Shown here: positions 28,922 to 32,344 of the stretch, piece by piece
Numbering within the stretch: position 1 is the stretch's first letter
Layout: the number at the start of each line of letters is the position of its first letter
The notes under the pieces: generated by a model
What the model was told of the DNA's origin: nothing
What the model saw: only the letters and a program-made list of their open reading frames with translations
Database searches by the model: none
Assembly (NCBI GenBank): GCA_027451365.1
Contig: DAIDJN010000038.1
Coordinates: 1 to 32,344, forward strand
Direction: 5' to 3'
Length of the DNA: 32,344 bases
From: Phycisphaerales bacterium
Lineage (GTDB): Bacteria; Planctomycetota; Phycisphaerae; WQYP01
Translations under genes and position numbers: made by a program

Positions 28922-30886
28922 ATGGATCAGGTATTTGACGTTATTGTCGTAGGCGGAGGCCACGCCGGAGTTGAGGCGGCATGGGCCGCTTCCCATATTC
29001 TGGCCGGCTGCGGCCAAGTCGCGATGATTACCATGGATCGCCATGCCATCGGCAGGATGAGTTGCAATCCCGCCATCGGCGGACTGGCCAAAGGCCAGAT
29101 TGTCCGCGAAATTGATGCTCTTGGCGGTCTGATGGGGCACGCAATTGACGCGAGCGGAATTCAATTTCGCATTCTTAATAAATCCAAAGGGCCTGCCGTG
29201 CAATCGCCACGGGCGCAGGCCGACAAATACCGCTACGCACTGGCCGTGCAGTGCCTTTTGGCGACCCATTGCCCGAATCTCACCATTATTGAGGGCATTG
29301 TGGATGAACTTCTCGCCGAGCCATCACCCCATGGGGGTGGCAATACGTTGCCGATTGTCAACAGCGGTTCACCGTCCGCAACGGCCAACCAATGGACCAT
29401 TCGTGGCGTGAAGTTGGAATCGGGAATGAATCTGATCGGCGGGTCGGTTATTCTCACTACCGGAACGTTCCTGCGCGGGCTGATGCACACCGGTGAACAC
29501 CAAACTGTTGGCGGCCGCGTGGGTGAAAAAAGCGCCGTCGGCCTTTCCGCCAGTCTAGCCCGACTGGGAATTGAACTCGGCCGTCTGAAAACCGGAACGC
29601 CGCCCCGCCTGGCCCGTGATTCCATCGATTTTTCCGCCTTGGTGCCGCAGGCCGGGGATAGCCCGCCTGTCCCATTCAGCTATCTTTCCGGCACAGAAGC
29701 TTCGCCACTGGCGGCCCAATTCCCCCCCCTGCCGCAGGTGAATTGCTTTATTACCTATACCAATCCTCAGGTGCATGACCTTATACGTGGAAATCTGCAC
29801 CGTGCGCCAATGTACAGCGGACAGATACAGGGTCGCGGACCACGCTATTGCCCAAGCATTGAAGACAAGGTGGTCCGCTTTGCGGATAAATCGCAGCATC
29901 AGATTTTTCTGGAACCTGAAAGCCTGGACACCGACGAGATTTATTGCAATGGAATTTCAACATCTTTGCCCATGGATGTACAGGAACGCATCGTTCATTC
30001 CATCGTCGGTCTGGAAAAAGCCCGCATTCTAAAATGGGGTTATGCGGTGGAATATGATTTCGCACCTACCCATCAGATTGACGCCACTCTCCAAACCCAT
30101 GCCGTGACCGGTCTTTTTCTGGCCGGACAGATCAACGGCACCAGCGGATATGAAGAAGCCGCCGGCCAGGGACTTATGGCCGGTATTAACGCCGCTCGCA
30201 GTGCGCGGGATCAGCCCGCCTGCGTCCTTTCGCGGCATCAGGCATACATTGGTGTCATGATTGATGATTTAATCACCAAAGTTCCCACAGAACCATACCG
30301 CATGTTTACCAGCCGGGCCGAATTCCGGCTTTCGCTGCGCAGTGATAACGCCGACCAGCGATTGACCGATATTGGCTATTCCCTGGGGCTGGCGCAGCCC
30401 AACCGCGTGCGCCTGCTGACCCAAAAACGCGAGCAGATGGCGGTATTAACACGCAGCCTGCGGCATGCATCCATTGTCGGGGGAACCACTGCGTATGAAC
30501 TCCTCTCCAGGCCCGAGGTGGAACCCGCCGCGCTGGCTGCCATGGAGTTTGTGCGCGGCAGGGAAATTATCCCGCTGCTGCTGGACCCGGCAAATGCGTC
30601 CGCGATTGAACAGGTGCGGATTGAAGCTCGGTACCGCGGTTATATTGACCGCGAGGAACAAGCCGTACAGCGATTGGCTGACTTGGACGAAAAAACAATT
30701 CCGCGCGGCTTTGACGCCGCCCGGGTCGTGGAATTGCGCCGCGAAGCCCGCGATGCGTTGCTGAAATTTCGCCCCCAAACACTCGGCCAGGCGTCTCGGC
30801 TCGAAGGCATAACGCCGGCGGACCTTACGATTTTGCTGATGCACATCAGCAACCCGCGCCGCCGCGAGCAAAAGGCGGACGCCTGA
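28922..30886 (+). CDS. mnmG: tRNA uridine-5-carboxymethylaminomethyl modification enzyme MnmG (GidA)
   Basis: FDVIVVGGGHAGVEAA, MSCNPAIGG, KGPAV..PRAQADK, RLKTGTPPRL, GPRYCPSIEDK, AGQINGTSGYEEAAGQG, EPYRMFTSRAE. The start could instead be 28856. Confidence 0.97.
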   Translation: MDQVFDVIVVGGGHAGVEAAWAASHILAGCGQVAMITMDRHAIGRMSCNPAIGGLAKGQIVREIDALGGLMGHAIDASGIQFRILNKSKGPAVQSPRAQADKYRYALAVQCLLATHCPNLTIIEGIVDELLAEPSPHGGGNTLPIVNSGSPSATANQWTIRGVKLESGMNLIGGSVILTTGTFLRGLMHTGEHQTVGGRVGEKSAVGLSASLARLGIELGRLKTGTPPRLARDSIDFSALVPQAGDSPPVPFSYLSGTEASPLAAQFPPLPQVNCFITYTNPQVHDLIRGNLHRAPMYSGQIQGRGPRYCPSIEDKVVRFADKSQHQIFLEPESLDTDEIYCNGISTSLPMDVQERIVHSIVGLEKARILKWGYAVEYDFAPTHQIDATLQTHAVTGLFLAGQINGTSGYEEAAGQGLMAGINAARSARDQPACVLSRHQAYIGVMIDDLITKVPTEPYRMFTSRAEFRLSLRSDNADQRLTDIGYSLGLAQPNRVRLLTQKREQMAVLTRSLRHASIVGGTTAYELLSRPEVEPAALAAMEFVRGREIIPLLLDPANASAIEQVRIEARYRGYIDREEQAVQRLADLDEKTIPRGFDAARVVELRREARDALLKFRPQTLGQASRLEGITPADLTILLMHISNPRRREQKADA

Positions 30887-30948
30887 TTCGCCAATGCAGA
30901 TGGGTGCCAATGTAGAGTGTTTAGGCAACCGCTGGTAATAGGGTACGT

Positions 30949-31794
30949 ATGAAAACAGTTTCCAACGCCGCTCCAATTGGCATTATCGCCGGGCAGGGAA
31001 CGCTGCCGGTGCAGGTTGCACAGGGCATAAAGGCCGCGGGTCACCGCGTGATCTGTCTGGGACTTTCCGGCCAAAGTCGCGAGGACTTGCTGATTCCACA
31101 ATGCGATGTATTCTCACGGGTCGGGTTGATTCGCTTGAATCAATGGGTCCGGATTCTGCGCCGTCACGGCGCAACCCGCGCGGTCATGGTTGGCCGCGTT
31201 GCCAAGGAACGTATTTATGACCGTTACTATATGTTCCGCTATGTGCCCGACTGGCGAACCGCGCGACTCTGGTTCCTGCGACTGCGGAATGACAAGCGCA
31301 GCGACCGCCTTTTACGGGCAGTTGCCGATGAACTTCAGACCGGAGGCGTAACCCTTATTGACGCATTGCCCTACATTCCCGACGCCCTGGCCCATCCGGG
31401 CGTTATGACCACCATTCAGCCCACCACGGCCATACAGGCTGATGCCGACTTCGCCTGGCCTTTATTGCGGAGAATGAACGAATTGCTGATTGGCCAAAGC
31501 CTGGCCTGCAAGGACCGGGAAATTATTGCCGTGGAGGCCATGGAAGGCACCGACCGCATGATTGAACGCGCGGGAATGCTTTGTAAACGCGGTGGCTGGG
31601 TGCTGTGCAAAGCCAGCAATCCCAATCAGGATCTGCGGTTTGATGTGCCAACCGTCGGCCCCTCCACGATCGAAAATCTAAAAAAGGCCGGTGCCGCTGG
31701 CTTGGTGCTGGAAGCCGGCAAAACCATCATGCTGGATAAGCCCCAACTCCTAAAACTGGCGGATAAACTTGGAATTGTTGTCGTTGGCCGTTGA
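30949..31794 (+). CDS. lpxI: UDP-2,3-diacylglucosamine pyrophosphatase LpxI family
   Basis: IGIIAGQGTLP, VMVGRV.K, IGQS, AVEAMEGTDRMIERAG, K...PNQDLRFDVPTVG, EAGKT. Confidence 0.9.
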   Translation: MKTVSNAAPIGIIAGQGTLPVQVAQGIKAAGHRVICLGLSGQSREDLLIPQCDVFSRVGLIRLNQWVRILRRHGATRAVMVGRVAKERIYDRYYMFRYVPDWRTARLWFLRLRNDKRSDRLLRAVADELQTGGVTLIDALPYIPDALAHPGVMTTIQPTTAIQADADFAWPLLRRMNELLIGQSLACKDREIIAVEAMEGTDRMIERAGMLCKRGGWVLCKASNPNQDLRFDVPTVGPSTIENLKKAGAAGLVLEAGKTIMLDKPQLLKLADKLGIVVVGR

Positions 31795-31898
31795 ACCGGC
31801 TTTATTCATACACCCCACCATTGCCCTAAAGCGTGTTATGAACTTTTGGTCAACAGCCGCGCGAGCATCAATCAGGCGAACGCGGCAAAGTTTAAGCC

Positions 31899-32191
31899 TG
31901 TAACTGTAGCGGCCAGTCGCCCATAGTCCTTGGCGAGCCGCCGCGCCACGGCCGCGACCGACCGTCGGTCGAGCCTGATAAACTTCCACCGGCGCCTGAA
32001 AACCCAGCGGCGGATGAACCTGATACAAATCCGCCAACTCACCAATAGTCCGCTGGCCCTTCATCGCCTCCATGGCCACCTTGGCTTTGAACTGCGACGT
32101 AAACTGACGACGTTTTGTCGGCATAAAATAGACTCTGAAAACCGGGAAAAAACTACCTTAGCAGCGCGCCCGGTTTTTGGGGAGTATTACA
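31899..32191 (-). mobile_element. Internally deleted IS3-family element (orfA 5' end fused to orfB 3' end)
   Basis: Left end 5'-TGTAATACTCCCCAAAAACCGG at 32191. OrfA start MPTKRRQFTSQFKAKVAMEAMKGQRTIGELADLYQVH (32124) runs directly into HPPLGFQAPVEVY, which resembles the IS3 OrfB C-terminal H-x-x-LG-Y-x-x-P-x-E-x-Y motif. The right end is degenerate and approximate. Confidence 0.7.
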
Positions 32192-32344
32192 CCCTGAACA
32201 GAGGATTCCTCAAATGCCATCGCTGAACATTCCACAAGACGCTTTTTCCACGCGGCAATACGCGAGGGATGAACCTGATACAAACCCGCCAACTCACCAA
32301 TCGTCCGCTGGCCCTTCATCGCCTCCATGGCCACCTTGGCTTTG
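32012..32344 (+). repeat. 78-bp direct repeat (32012-32089 and 32267-32344), 76/78 identical
   Basis: Direct comparison of ggatgaacctgatacaaa(t/c)ccgccaactcaccaat(a/c)gtccgctggcccttcatcgcctccatggccaccttggctttg. Confidence 0.95.
32192..32344 (-). mobile_element. Second IS3-family orfA fragment, truncated at the left end of the first copy and running off the window
   Basis: Minus-strand translation KAKVAMEAMKGQRTIGELAGLYQVHPSRIAAWKKRLVECSAMAFEE is an IS3 OrfA helix-turn-helix. Confidence 0.75.

Noticed and set aside
1..32344. CRISPR array, rRNA, tmRNA, SRP or RNase P RNA, known riboswitch, prophage genes
   Set aside because: No regularly spaced repeats or recognisable signatures were seen by eye. 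An Infernal/Rfam scan of the intergenic regions would be needed to exclude divergent ncRNAs.

Overview
A 32.3-kb bacterial chromosomal segment that is mostly housekeeping. The RpoD region-4 sequence and the LpxI gene suggest Planctomycetota, possibly Phycisphaerae (inference). Left to right it contains: the 3' end of a GH92 alpha-mannosidase; a tightly packed 7-gene + strand cluster (AIM24, B-box-like Zn-finger membrane protein, multi-pass membrane protein, DUF4129, DUF4350, MoxR AAA+ ATPase, DUF58/vWA); a - strand run (ABC/AAA_21 ATPase plus DUF4276-like TOPRIM pair, 2Fe-2S ferredoxin, Tat-exported GH20 hexosaminidase, PepA); a histidine phosphatase; tRNA-Thr(CGT); rplU without an adjacent rpmA; rpoD; rmuC; an Amt ammonium transporter; a PA0069-type radical SAM protein; gltBD; mnmG; lpxI; and two abutting IS3-family remnants at the right edge. 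The best candidates for uncharacterised systems are (1) the ATPase + TOPRIM cassette with its own sigma70 promoter, a PARIS/OLD-like defence or toxin-antitoxin candidate, and (2) the MoxR-vWA membrane operon, which lacks the usual RDD/SpoIIM genes and carries AIM24 and a half-degenerate B-box protein instead. The Amt also carries a natural Glu in place of the first twin-His pore residue. Family calls come from motif recognition by eye; no database searches were run.
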